Assembly (NCBI RefSeq): GCF_001194135.2
Contig: NC_068985.1
Span: 111,992,983-112,031,407 of the forward strand
Origin: Octopus bimaculoides
Taxonomy: Eukaryota
Length of the DNA stretch: 38,425 nucleotides
Direction: 5' to 3'
Part shown: positions 22,078-34,922 of the stretch, piece by piece
How the letters are laid out: each line of letters opens with the position of its first letter
How positions within the stretch are numbered: the stretch's first letter is position 1
Notes under the pieces: model-generated
Told to the model about the DNA's origin: nothing
The model's database searches: none
The model's input: only the letters and a program-made list of their open reading frames with translations
Program-made: the position numbers and the translations under genes

Positions 22078-22320
22078 TGTGTTTATTGAGCGAAAACACC
22101 TAAAGCTCCACGAGGCTCCGGCAGGGGATGGTGGCGACCCCTGCTGTACTCTTTCACCACAACTTTCTCTCACTCTTTCTTCCTGTTTCTTGAGTAACAC
22201 TGCGATGGACTGGCGTCCTGTTCAGCTGGGAGGAGGGAACACATACGCCATAGAAACCGGGAAACTGGGCCCATGAGTCTGGCTAGGCTTTAAAAGGGTG
22301 CGTAAATAAATAAATAAATA
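22078..22320 (+). mobile_element. SINE family C lacking its head, (TAAA)n tail
   Basis: GAGCGAAAACACCTAAAGCTCCACGAGGCTCCGGCAG..CTGCGATGGACTGGCGTCCTGTTCAG..AAACCGGGAAACTGGGCCCATGAG aligns with the reverse complement of 8690-8885. Confidence 0.85.
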
Positions 22321-23022
22321 ATAAGACAAAAAAGTATCGACTCTTTAGGAATATGTAAGAATCGACTTGCTCATATAACATCAGTGAAGCGATCCATTTT
22401 CGTTGAATAATAGNNNNNNNNNNNNNNNNNNNNNNNNNNNNNNNNNNNNNNNNNNNNNNNNNNNNNNNNNNNNNNNNNNNNNNNNNNNNNNNNNNNNNNN
22501 NNNNNNNNNNNNNNNNNNNNNNNNNNNNNNNNNNNNNNNNNNNNNNNNNNNNNNNNNNNNNNNNNNNNNNNNNNNNNNNNNNNNNNNNNNNNNNNNNNNN
22601 NNNNNNNNNNNNNNNNNNNNNNNNNNNNNNNNNNNNNNNNNNNNNNNNNNNNNNNNNNNNNNNNNNNNNNNNNNNNNNNNNNNNNNNNNNNNNNNNNNNN
22701 NNNNNNNNNNNNNNNNNNNNNNNNNNNNNNNNNNNNNNNNNNNNNNNNNNNNNNNNNNNNNNNNNNNNNNNNNNNNNNNNNNTATATATATTTACACACA
22801 TACGTGTGTATACATGTGCATCTGCATGCCTATGCCTGTGTCTGCGTGTTTGAGTGTGTGAATGTGTATCAATGGGTGTATGTATATTTTGGGAATGTTT
22901 TTATAGTATTTTTAATATAGAAGCATAGAATCTGCGTAAATTTATGCAAATACTTATTTGAAGATATTTTTGAGAATGTGCGTATGTATTTGAGCGTGTG
23001 AGAGGGTATATGTATGTGTGTG

Positions 23023-23053
<31 letters not shown>

Positions 23054-24504
23054 GTATATGTATATATATGTGTACATACATATGTATGTATGTATATATA
23101 TGTATGCATGTATGTATGACTATATGCTAAACGTAGATGTATGTACATGAGTATGCATGTATTTTGAACTATGTATATTATTATTATAATGGTATTATTT
23201 AGATGGTAAGATATACATACATATATATATATATATACATACATACATACATATGTGTGTGCAGGTGAGTGTATGTGTGTGTATAAGTGAATTTTTAAGT
23301 GAATTTTCTTTCAAAAATAATTTTAATTTCTCGATATCCATATTAGCATCAAAATATGGTTCCTTTGTTTACCTCATCCATCAATTTGAATGAACATATA
23401 TGTATGTATGTGTATATATATGTATATATGCGTATATATATATATATGTTTCTCTGTGTGTGTATGTGTATGCGTGCGTATATATCTATGTATATAAGTT
23501 TATATATACACACAAAACATACATACACACACATACACGCATACATATATATAAATATAAANNNNNNNNNNNNNNNNNNNNNNNNNNNNNNNNNNNNNNN
23601 NNNNNNNNNNNNNNNNNNNNNNNNNNNNNNNNNNNNNNNNNNNNNNNNNNNNNNNNNNNNNNNNNNNNNNNNNNNNNNNNNNNNNNNNNNNNNNNNNNNN
23701 NNNNNNNNNNNNNNNNNNNNNNNNNNNNNNNNNNNNNNNNNNNNNNNNNNNNNNNNNNNNNNNNNNNNNNNNNNNNNNNNNNNNNNNNNNNNNNNNNNNN
23801 NNNNNNNNNNNNNNNNNNNNNNNNNNNNNNNNNNNNNNNNNNNNNNNNNNNNNNNNNNNNNNNNNNNNNNNNNNNNNNNNNNNNNNNNNNNNNNNNNNNN
23901 NNNNNNNNNNNNNNNNNNNNNNNNNNNNNNNNNNNNNNNNNNNNNNNNNNNNNNNNNNNNNNNNNNNNNNNNNNNNNNNNNNNNNNNNNNNNNNNNNNNN
24001 NNNNNNNNNNNNNNNNNNNNNNNNNNNNNNNNNNNNNNNNNNNNNNNNNNNNNNNNNNNNNNNNNNNNNNNNNNNNNNNNNNNNNNNNNNNNNNNNNNNN
24101 NNNNNNNNNNNNNNNNNNNNNNNNNNNNNNNNNNNNNNNNNNNNNNNNNNNNNNNNNNNNNNNNNNNNNNNNNNNNNNNNNNNNNNNNNNNNNNNNNNNN
24201 NNNNNNNNNNNNNNNNNNNNNNNNNNNNNNNNNNNNNNNNNNNNNNNNNNNNNNNNNNNNNNNNNNNNNNNNNNNNNNNNNNNNNNNNNNNNNNNNNNNN
24301 NNNNNNNNNNNNNNNNNNNNNNNNNNNNNNNNNNNNNNNNNNNNNNNNNNNNNNNNNNNNNNNNNNNNNNNNNNNNNNNNNTTTTTTTTTTTGCCACATC
24401 GATCAAATGTTTAGAATGTATTTTGTGTGAAACACCTTGTATTATGAGACAAGCTCTTCAAACATGTGAAATATATGCGTGTGTGTGTGTGTGTGTGTGT
24501 TTGA

Positions 24505-24583
<79 letters not shown>

Positions 24584-24822
24584 TGTGTGTGTGTGCGTGC
24601 GTGTATGTGTGCGTGTGTGCCTGTGTGTGTGTGTGTACGTATACAAATACATGTATACAAATATATTTAATGTATAATGAAATATACACTTATACACACG
24701 TCCGCATACACACGCATACATATGCACGCCCACAAACAGACACACACACACACACACACATAAATGTATATAAATGCACTAGCCTCTACATACGCGTGCA
24801 CTTGTCTACGTATGCATGTGAG

Positions 24823-24924
<102 letters not shown>

Positions 24925-25281
24925 TTAGCAAATAGGCATTATTGAATTCAAATTGAACTAAGTAGAGCTACTTAGTTTTGTCTTCATAGAACCTGGCCAG
25001 CTTTATGACTCGCTTACCCAGAGAAAATTCTCAATATGAAAAGGATATGCCAGCTATTCCACTGATATCAATAGCTCGCTCCTATCTTCAGATCAGATGG
25101 AAAATTCGAAAGATTTTTTGTAAAGGCTAAAGGATTTCTTGACTAATGGAATACTTTCTATTCCTTTTTCACCGATGTTAATTAAGGATATTGTATTGTT
25201 TAAATCATTAATGAGGAGTAATCAGGTTATAGAGATGAAGTAGTCTTTTATATGAAATTCAGTAAGCAGAATGTTTGATGA

Positions 25282-25700
25282 CAGGTCCGGGTTAAGACTC
25301 ATATAGGCTCTAAGCATTTAAAAGGTTTTGGTGCCCCCATATATATGTAATTCAAAATATAAACAATAAAAAAAATAAAAATAAATTTTCAATTTTCAAA
25401 ATGAAACAAAGCTAGCAATAAAATAGAAAATAATGTTTATTTTTGTATACTACTACCACTTCATTTATATTTGAAAAATGTTCTCCTATTTTTTTTTTTT
25501 AATTGCAAAGTCTTTGATCAGATCCTCACTATGACACCAGGAACACTTCGAAAATGATATTTCCGATCACATAAACCACTTCAAAGATCAAAGTGTTTTT
25601 CTTTGTGCTGTAAACCATTTACCATTTTTATGAAACCCCCCACCCAACTTCCCTTGATACCCTAAGCACGTGCTTAGTTTGCTCAATGGTTAATCTAACG
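25282..25700. mobile_element. Possible hAT-type MITE remnant
   Basis: Left end CAGGTCCGGGTTAA resembles the CAGGGCCGGATTAA-type hAT terminus; right end CCTAAGCACGTGCTTAGTTTGCTCAATGGTTAATC resembles the matching subterminal sequence recalled for such MITEs; the right TIR is decayed and no 8-bp TSD was confirmed. Confidence 0.4.
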
Positions 25701-26020
25701 TACCTTGGGGGATCTAAACCCCGTTATGACAAAGTGTTTGTCGTTCCAAAGGAGAAAAGGAATGTTACTTAAAGTCTAGGTAAGAATTTATCAAATGTTT
25801 ATTTGCTTAAAATTCCAACGTTCGATTTGACCAAGTTGATTTATCGTATAGTGGGCTTACTAATGAAGTTTACCTTGAGGTCCTTAGAAATGAATTGTAG
25901 TTAATTAGTTACTTAGGGCTGAGAGGTTTTGTTCTATTTTTCAACAATGAGGAAGATGACCCGGTGTTCTTGTATGTTAGTGTCATTTAGATTAAGTCCC
26001 TTTGTATGCAGAAATGAGTG

Positions 26021-26550
26021 AAGACGCGTGGCTTAATGATTAGGGCATTCGGCTCACAATCATAAGGTCACGAGTTCGATTCCCGACGGCGCGTTGTGTA
26101 CTTTATTTCACGTTGCTCCAGTTCACTCAGCTGGCAAAAATAAGTAGTAGCAACAGTAGCAAAAATCAGTAGTAACAACATAGGGCGTCGTGCTAGCAGA
26201 ATGCTTAGCAACGCCGGGCAAAATGCTTAGCGGCGTTCCGGCTGTCTTTACATCCTGAGTTCAAGTTCCACTGAGGTCGACTTTGCCTTTCATCCTTTTG
26301 GGTTCGATAAAATAAGTACCAGTGGGACACTGGGGTCGATATAATCGATTTATCCCGTCTCCTCAAAATCGTTTTACAATAAAGGGCCAGCTTTGTCTCA
26401 CTTTGTGTCACGCTGAATCTCCCTGAGAACTATGTTAATGGTTCGCGTGTCTGTTGAATGCTCAGCCACTTGCGCATTAATTTCATGAGGAGGCAGTTCC
26501 GTTGATCGGCTAAACTGGAACCCTCGTCGTCGTAACTGACGGAGTGCCAT
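26021..26550 (+). mobile_element. SINE family D, full length, split by a family B insertion
   Basis: Head GACGCGTGGCTTAATGATTAGGGCATTCGG..GAGTTCGATTCCC (A/B boxes); body resumes at ~26372 (AAAGGGCCAGCTTTGTC..GAACCCTCGTCGTCGTAACTGACGGAGTGCCA). Confidence 0.88.
26183..26372 (+). mobile_element. SINE family B nested in family D
   Basis: GGCGTCGTGCTAGCAGAA..GGGCAAAATGCTTAGCGG..GAGGTCGACTTTGCCTTTCATCCTTTTGGGTTCGATAAAATAAGTACCAG..CTCAAAATCG. Confidence 0.88.
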
Positions 26551-26689
26551 GTAGAAGTGATGACGTTCAATACGTATAGGTCAGTGACAAAGAATGATTC
26601 TTAGTTTTATCCAAGAGAACGTATCTTGATTTGGATATTTTTATATCTTTCTTTATGGCATCCTGGCTTTGACTTTAAACTGCATCTGG

Positions 26690-26852
26690 TAATGGAACCC
26701 CAGTATAGCAGTTCCAGGGCTTGAGGGGTGTGGCACCACCTCTTAGCCACTGTTTGTTCCCAGGTCTACTCTGATTCGGAGCAGTAACACCTGTCAGGGA
26801 CCCAGCTATGAATTAACTAGTTTGTGGACCACTGAGAGTGAAAGGACTCCTT
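26690..26852 (-). repeat. Unclassified dispersed repeat, family F (second copy)
   Basis: Reverse complement aligns with 6239-6410. Confidence 0.65.
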
Positions 26853-26909
26853 GTTCTCATTAGAACCTCCTTATAGGAGAAGGTAAATATAAGGTAGAAA
26901 CACACTTCG

Positions 26910-27236
26910 ATCATGAATGAGTATGGGATTGCAGCTACAAAGTTACCCTCCGAGGAACAAGTCAGGGCCAGGTTGTTTATGGAACACCAGCGGTTGCCCA
27001 TGCATACCAGCCTCTCTTCTCCACACCATCGATGTCATACAAGACAAATGCAAAAGCCGACACAGCTTGGTACCAGTGACATCGTCATTCATTCATTTCT
27101 ACAGCTAGGTTAACTGGAGCAACGTAAAATAAAGTGTCTTGCCTAAGAACACAACACACATTCTGCTCCGCGAATCGACCTCATTACCTCATGCCTGTGA
27201 GCCCCATGCCTTAACCATTGAGCCATGCGCCTTCAC
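26910..27236 (-). mobile_element. SINE with a family D-type head and a different body (D2)
   Basis: 27090-27236 matches the D head (CTGGAGCAACGTAAAATAAAGTGTCTTGC..CGAATCGACCTC..TTAACCATTGAGCCATGCGCC); 26910-27090 does not match the D body. Confidence 0.7.
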
Positions 27237-27398
27237 GAAGAGAAGGTAAGCTCGTATAAAAACTTGACGTACAGTTGCTTTTCTTGCCGTCCCAACCCCT
27301 GTTGTGCCGCTGGTTTTATAGTTAAATGTCCTGAAAAAGTGTGTTCAGTGTTGTGCAACATTTTATCCAGTCAAAACAAATTCACGAGCAGGAACCTC

Positions 27399-27436
<38 letters not shown>

Positions 27437-28153
27437 NNNNNNNNNNNNNNNNNNNNNNNNNNNNNNNNNNNNNNNNNNNNNNNNNNNNNNNNNNNNNNNN
27501 NNNNNNNNNNNNNNNNNNNNNNNNNNNNNNNNNNNNNNNNNNNNNNNNNNNNNNNNNNNNNNNNNNNNNNNNNNNNNNNNNNNNNNNNNNNNNNNNNNNN
27601 NNNNNNNNNNNNNNNNNNNNNNNNNNNNNNNNNNNNNNNNNNNNNNNNNNNNNNNNNNNNNNNNNNNNNNNNNNNNNNNNNNNNNNNNNNNNNNNNNNNN
27701 NNNNNNNNNNNNNNNNNNNNNNNNNNNNNNNNNNNNNNNNNNNNNNNNNNNNNNNNNNNNNNNNNNNNNNNNNNNNNNNNNNNNNNNNNNNNNNNNNNNN
27801 NNNNNNNNNNNNNNNNNNNNNNNNNNNNNNNNNNNNNNNNNNNNNNNNNNNNNNNNNNNNNNNNNNNNNNNNNNNNNNNNNNNNNNNNNNNNNNNNNNNN
27901 NNNNNNNNNNNNNNNNNNNNNNNNNNNNNNNNNNNNNNNNNNNNNNNNNNNNNNNNNNNNNNNNNNNNNNNNNNNNNNNNNNNNNNNNNNNNNNNNNNNN
28001 NNNNNNNNNNNNNNNNNNNNNNNNNNNNNNNNNNNNNNNNNNNNNNNNNNNNNNNNNNNNNNNNNNNNNNNNNNNNNNNNNNNNNNNNNNNNNNNNNNNN
28101 NNNNNNNNNNNNNNNNNNNNNNNNNNNNNNNNNNNNNNNNNNNNNNNNNNNNN

Positions 28154-28220
<67 letters not shown>

Positions 28221-28413
28221 CTCTCTCCCCCCCTCTCTCTCTTTCTTTCTTTCTTTCTTTCTCTTTTTCCCCCCCTCTCTCTCTCTTTCCCTTCAGCTGT
28301 CACATTTTCATCGATCTTCCACTGCGTCGAAATATACGAGGGTTTAGTGGGTGTCTGTACCTGATCACAACTGCACAGTTACAATTTACCTGAAGAAATT
28401 GTTGAAAGCACGG

Positions 28414-29340
<927 letters not shown>

Positions 29341-29729
29341 CATGTTACCTAACTATAATCATTCACGGGTGACGACCGACTGTAGATTGCTTCGCCTCAT
29401 TCAACACATCTATCAAAAATCGAACCCAGAAAGACGTGGATTGTAAAGACAATGTTTCTAGCCATGAGACCACACCCGTATACTTGAAAAATATCTTTTT
29501 ACAAAATGAATTTTCCATTACAAAGTAAAGTTTTGTACGGGAGAACAATATAAAAGGGAATTACTCGCAGAGAAAACATGAAAACATATTAAAAATTCAT
29601 TAAAAGAAATTTCTGGACAAAAAGAATAAAGGAAAAAAAAGAAAAAAAATTTGAAAACAAGCAACACGAGAACGATAGCAGAATACAGAGAGTAGTGGAG
29701 AAGGTAGTGGGTGTGGTATTGATGTCACT

Positions 29730-29910
29730 GCTGCAGCGAGCGGCCACTGCTGATGGTGGTGGTGATGGTAGGGGTGATGATGGTGGCGGTGGTGGTGTTC
29801 GTGATGGTGGCGGTGGAAGAGGAGAAGGTGGTGATGTGGTGTAAAGGTGGTGTGATAGAGGCGGTCGAGGTGGAGGTCGTAGTGGAGGTAGTAACAGTAG
29901 CAGCAGCAGC

Positions 29911-29941
<31 letters not shown>

Positions 29942-30010
29942 ACGGTGATGGTAGTGGTAGTAGTGGTGATGGTGGTGGTGGCGATGTTGAAGATAGTGGT
30001 AGTGTTGGTG
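29730..30010. repeat. Degenerate (GTG/GTA/GCA)n trinucleotide tract
   Basis: Directly visible; explains the poly-Val and poly-Thr ORFs. Confidence 0.9.
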
Positions 30011-30367
30011 AACGATGTATAATAATCANNNNNNNNNNNNNNNNNNNNNNNNNNNNNNNNNNNNNNNNNNNNNNNNNNNNNNNNNNNNNNNNNNNNNNNN
30101 NNNNNNNNNNNNNNNNNNNNNNNNNNNNNNNNNNNNNNNNNNNNNNNNNNNNNNNNNNNNNNNNNNNNNNNNNNNNNNNNNNNNNNNNNNNNNNNNNNNN
30201 NNNNNNNNNNNNNNNNNNNNNNNNNNNNNNNNNNNNNNNNNNNNNNNNNNNNNNNNNNNNNNNNNNNNNNNNNNNNNNNNNNNNNNNNNNNNNNNNNNNN
30301 NNNNNNNNNNNNNNNNNNNNNNNNNNNNNNNNNNNNNNNNNNNNNNNNNNNNNNNNNNNNNNNNNNN

Positions 30368-30438
<71 letters not shown>

Positions 30439-31076
30439 TGCTGTGCATTTCTGTGTGTAGATATACATGTATTTCAGTAAATGAAAGACAGGGATAGCAT
30501 ATACATGCATACATACACGCGCGCGCACACACACACATACTTACACACACACATATATATGCATCATATACGTTATGTATATGTGCATATATCTATGTGT
30601 GTGTGTGTGTAAGTATTTCCATTATTTGTTCATCCGTCTTGCGAATAGAGGAAGCATGTGATTCAAAAGGTTTTAATGTGCATTTAATATTTCATATTTT
30701 ATATTAATTTTATATCTGTAAGCAACCTGTTTCTGTATATTGTGCGTCATCAGTAATAGCTAGAGTATAGATACTCGATTAATTATATTTTATTCAAGCA
30801 GTGTACGAGAGTAATGGTCTTCATTTCAATCAGGAAAATAGAGGGAAAATAAGGTTATAAGAAGAGTTACATGTAGTTCTCGCTATAGAGATGGAAATAA
30901 TTCTGAATGCATCCAGTTCAATTTATTTTTCAGCCAAAGCGAATGAAGGCAGTTCAAGTTCGATCTCAGAGCGTACGAAACTTTTATATTTTTAGCATTG
31001 ACTTAAAAACAGTACATCGTGACTGCGTGGCTGTGTGTGTGAGAAGAGGAGAAGGAGGATGTGTGTGTGTGTGATT

Positions 31077-31115
<39 letters not shown>

Positions 31116-32131
31116 TACTTCTTCGGAAAGGCGAGCGAGGCACGTACGACAGATATTCTCGTGATGTTTTCAGGCCCAATATCTGTGAATAGCTCACGCT
31201 ACAATCGTCGCTGTGCAAATGATGGCCTACCATTGTAGTGGTTGATACATTTTTATTTCCCTGTATAAGCAGTTTAATTATTGGTTATGTGTGTTTGTGT
31301 GTGTGTGTGTGCGTGGGTGTGTGTGTGTCTATGTGTGCGTGCATGTGGATGTGTGTGGATTTATGTGCATAAACATGTATGCATACGTTGGTGTGTGTGT
31401 GTGTGTGTGTGCGTGTGTGTGTGTGTGCGTGCGTGTGTGTNNNNNNNNNNNNNNNNNNNNNNNNNNNNNNNNNNNNNNNNNNNNNNNNNNNNNNNNNNNN
31501 NNNNNNNNNNNNNNNNNNNNNNNNNNNNNNNNNNNNNNNNNNNNNNNNNNNNNNNNNNNNNNNNNNNNNNNNNNNNNNNNNNNNNNNNNNNNNNNNNNNN
31601 NNNNNNNNNNNNNNNNNNNNNNNNNNNNNNNNNNNNNNNNNNNNNNNNNNNNNNNNNNNNNNNNNNNNNNNNNNNNNNNNNNNNNNNNNNNNNNNNNNNN
31701 NNNNNNNNNNNNNNNNNNNNNNNNNNNNNNNNNNNNNNNNNNNNNNNNNNNNNNNNNNNNNNNNNNNNNNNNNNNNNNNNNNNNNNNNNNNNNNNNNNNN
31801 NNNNNNNNNNNNNNNNNNNNNNNNNNNNNNNNNNNNNNNNNNNNNNNNNNNNNNNNNNNNNNNNNNNNNNNNNNNNNNNNNNNNNNNNNNNNNNNNNNNN
31901 NNNNNNNNNNNNNNNNNNNNNNNNNNNNNNNNNNNNNNNNNNNNNNNNNNNNNNNNNNNNNNNNNNNNNNNNNNNNNNNNNNNNNNNNNNNNNNNNNNNN
32001 NNNNNNNNNNNNNNNNNNNNNNNNNNNNNNNNNNNNNNNNNNNNNNNNNNNNNNNNNNNNNNNNNNNNNNNNNNNNNNNNNNNNNNNNNNNNNNNNNNNN
32101 NNNNNNNNNNNNNNNNNNNNNNNNNNNNNNN

Positions 32132-32175
<44 letters not shown>

Positions 32176-32365
32176 CGTGTGTGTATGTATGTATGTATGT
32201 AAGTATGTATGCATGCATGTATGTATGTATGCATGCAGTAAGGGTACTGAGTAAGGCGATTGTAATGTGTGATGCTTGTGAAAATGGTAGGTATATAAAT
32301 GGTAAAGAAAATGGACGGATGATGTGGGGTATATAGATACCTATGCAGAATGGTGTGTATTTTAT

Positions 32366-32427
<62 letters not shown>

Positions 32428-33144
32428 GGATGGATGGATGGATGGATGGATATCTTTATATGTATATGTATATANNNNNNNNNNNNNNNNNNNNNNNNNN
32501 NNNNNNNNNNNNNNNNNNNNNNNNNNNNNNNNNNNNNNNNNNNNNNNNNNNNNNNNNNNNNNNNNNNNNNNNNNNNTATGTATACATATATATATATATC
32601 TACATATATATGTATTCATATACATATATATACATATATATCTACACATATTTACACACGTACGCATACATGTGCACGTATGTGTATATATATATACATA
32701 CATACATACATATATACGTGCATATGCATGTACTTACTTGCTTGTATGTACATGTGTGCGCTTGTGTAGGTGCAATCGCATGTGCAAGCATGCGTGTGTG
32801 CTTGTGTGTGTATATGTGTGTATGTGAGTGTGTGTGTGGGTGTGCGTGCGCGTGGGTGTACGCGCGGGCGCGACATGGATGAAGGTGGTGAGCGCTTAAA
32901 TAAAAGAATGTTGGAACATGGCATTAAGTAACTTGTCATAGAACTGCGAGAAAGAATTTCGAAATCACGTGATCATTACAATAGAAGCAGTTATTGCCTA
33001 TAGACTGCGCACGTCATAAAATGTCTTTCTCACCTTTTTCTTCTTCGTCTTCTTGTTATATCATGTACATTCCTACTCATATTCGCACTTGTGCACAAAT
33101 TTGCGCTCATGCATATACATACATATAAATCGGATACTTACACG

Positions 33145-33192
<48 letters not shown>

Positions 33193-33590
33193 AAATTATG
33201 CATTTATATATATTTATATATGTATATATATATATGCATATATGCATACACACACATGCATATATGCATGCGTGCATATATGCGCATATGTATATACCAT
33301 AGTGCATATGTACAAATACATGTATGTGTACATATATATATATATAAATGTATATATTCATACATACATGTATATATAGGTATGATTTTAAGTATGAGTG
33401 AATAAATGTATGCTTGTATATATGTACGCATGCGCGAGTGTATTTATGTGTATATGTGTATATACATGTGTGTGTATATATATGTATATATATATACATA
33501 TATACACACACACATACATGCATATATATAGATATATGTATATATATGTTTATATAAGGGCATTACTATACATGAATGATATTGATATAT
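32366..33590. repeat. (GATA)n(GGAT)n followed by cryptic TA/CA/TG simple-repeat fields
   Basis: Directly visible; a unique stretch at ~32870-33090 interrupts it. Confidence 0.85.
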
Positions 33591-34228
33591 ATNNNNNNNN
33601 NNNNNNNNNNNNNNNNNNNNNNNNNNNNNNNNNNNNNNNNNNNNNNNNNNNNNNNNNNNNNNNNNNNNNNNNNNNNNNNNNNNNNNNNNNNNNNNNNNNN
33701 NNNNNNNNNNNNNNNNNNNNNNNNNNNNNNNNNNNNNNNNNNNNNNNNNNNNNNNNNNNNNNNNNNNNNNNNNNNNNNNNNNNNNNNNNNNNNNNNNNNN
33801 NNNNNNNNNNNNNNNNNNNNNNNNNNNNNNNNNNNNNNNNNNNNNNNNNNNNNNNNNNNNNNNNNNNNNNNNNNNNNNNNNNNNNNNNNNNNNNNNNNNN
33901 NNNNNNNNNNNNNNNNNNNNNNNNNNNNNNNNNNNNNNNNNNNNNNNNNNNNNNNNNNNNNNNNNNNNNNNNNNNNNNNNNNNNNNNNNNNACAGATATA
34001 ATCATCTACATATAACCATTTAAAGACTAAGGAACTGAATGCACACGCACACGTGCACACATATGTACACATACATGAAAACGCTTCACATAAATACACA
34101 CAACAAACACATACTTATAAACATACATACATACGTACATACATACATACATACATACATGCATGCATACATACATGCATACATGCACAAGGAACATAAC
34201 ATACAAGTCGTTCACGCAATGACAGGCA

Positions 34229-34300
34229 CGAAAATGGAGCGCGATCATCATCTTATGTAGCCGCCATTTTGAAAGACGTTGGGAGGAAGTAAATAGGAGT
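34229..34300. promoter_or_regulatory. Candidate promoter element: YY1-type GCCGCCATTTTG plus ETS-like GGAAGT
   Basis: Exact GCCGCCATTTTG at 34260-34271, partial inverted AAAATGG at ~34231-34237 and GAGGAAGT at 34283-34290, in a CpG-containing unique island among microsatellites; motif evidence only. Confidence 0.35.
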
Positions 34301-34890
34301 TTTGAGAAATGGAGAAATTGCGTAGCATTTATTATCATTATTCGTTGAGAAAGCTATTACCAAAAGCCGACAACCTCATCAGTGCTGGCAATCTACCTGT
34401 GGCATTTCTATGGTAGGTTTCGACTGAAGTGAAATGGGCGAATCACACTAGAACCATTCTTGGTCGCAACGAAATACATCTATTTTTCGTTCTTCCTACT
34501 TATACAGAGTTTCGCAAAAGACACGTTCAATTAGCTGGAGTGAGAACGTTAAATGCTCGTTAAAGTTTTGAGAGATTGTTTCCTGCAATCCAACCACGAC
34601 ACTTCCACCTCACTTTTCTTTTTATTTATTTATTTATGTATTTATTTATGCATTTATTTGTTTTTGTTACTTTTTTGTTTTGTCTCTTGTACAACTAAAT
34701 TCACCTTCATGTGTATGTGAGTGCATGTGCGTGTATGTGCGCATGCGTGCCCTTGTGTGTCTGTGTGTATCTTTGTCTGTGGGGGTGGGTGTATTACTAG
34801 GCGGGTATATGGATAACTAACGAAATCATGTAGAAATGACATATATATCTACTTCTGAGCATACATGTATGTATGCATGTATGTGTATGC

Positions 34891-34922
<32 letters not shown>

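Noticed and set aside
24990-25130. Peptide NLASFMTR.. resembling the ionotropic glutamate receptor ANLAAF motif
   Set aside because: The SYTA part of the motif is absent, downstream residues do not match, and there is no good donor site.
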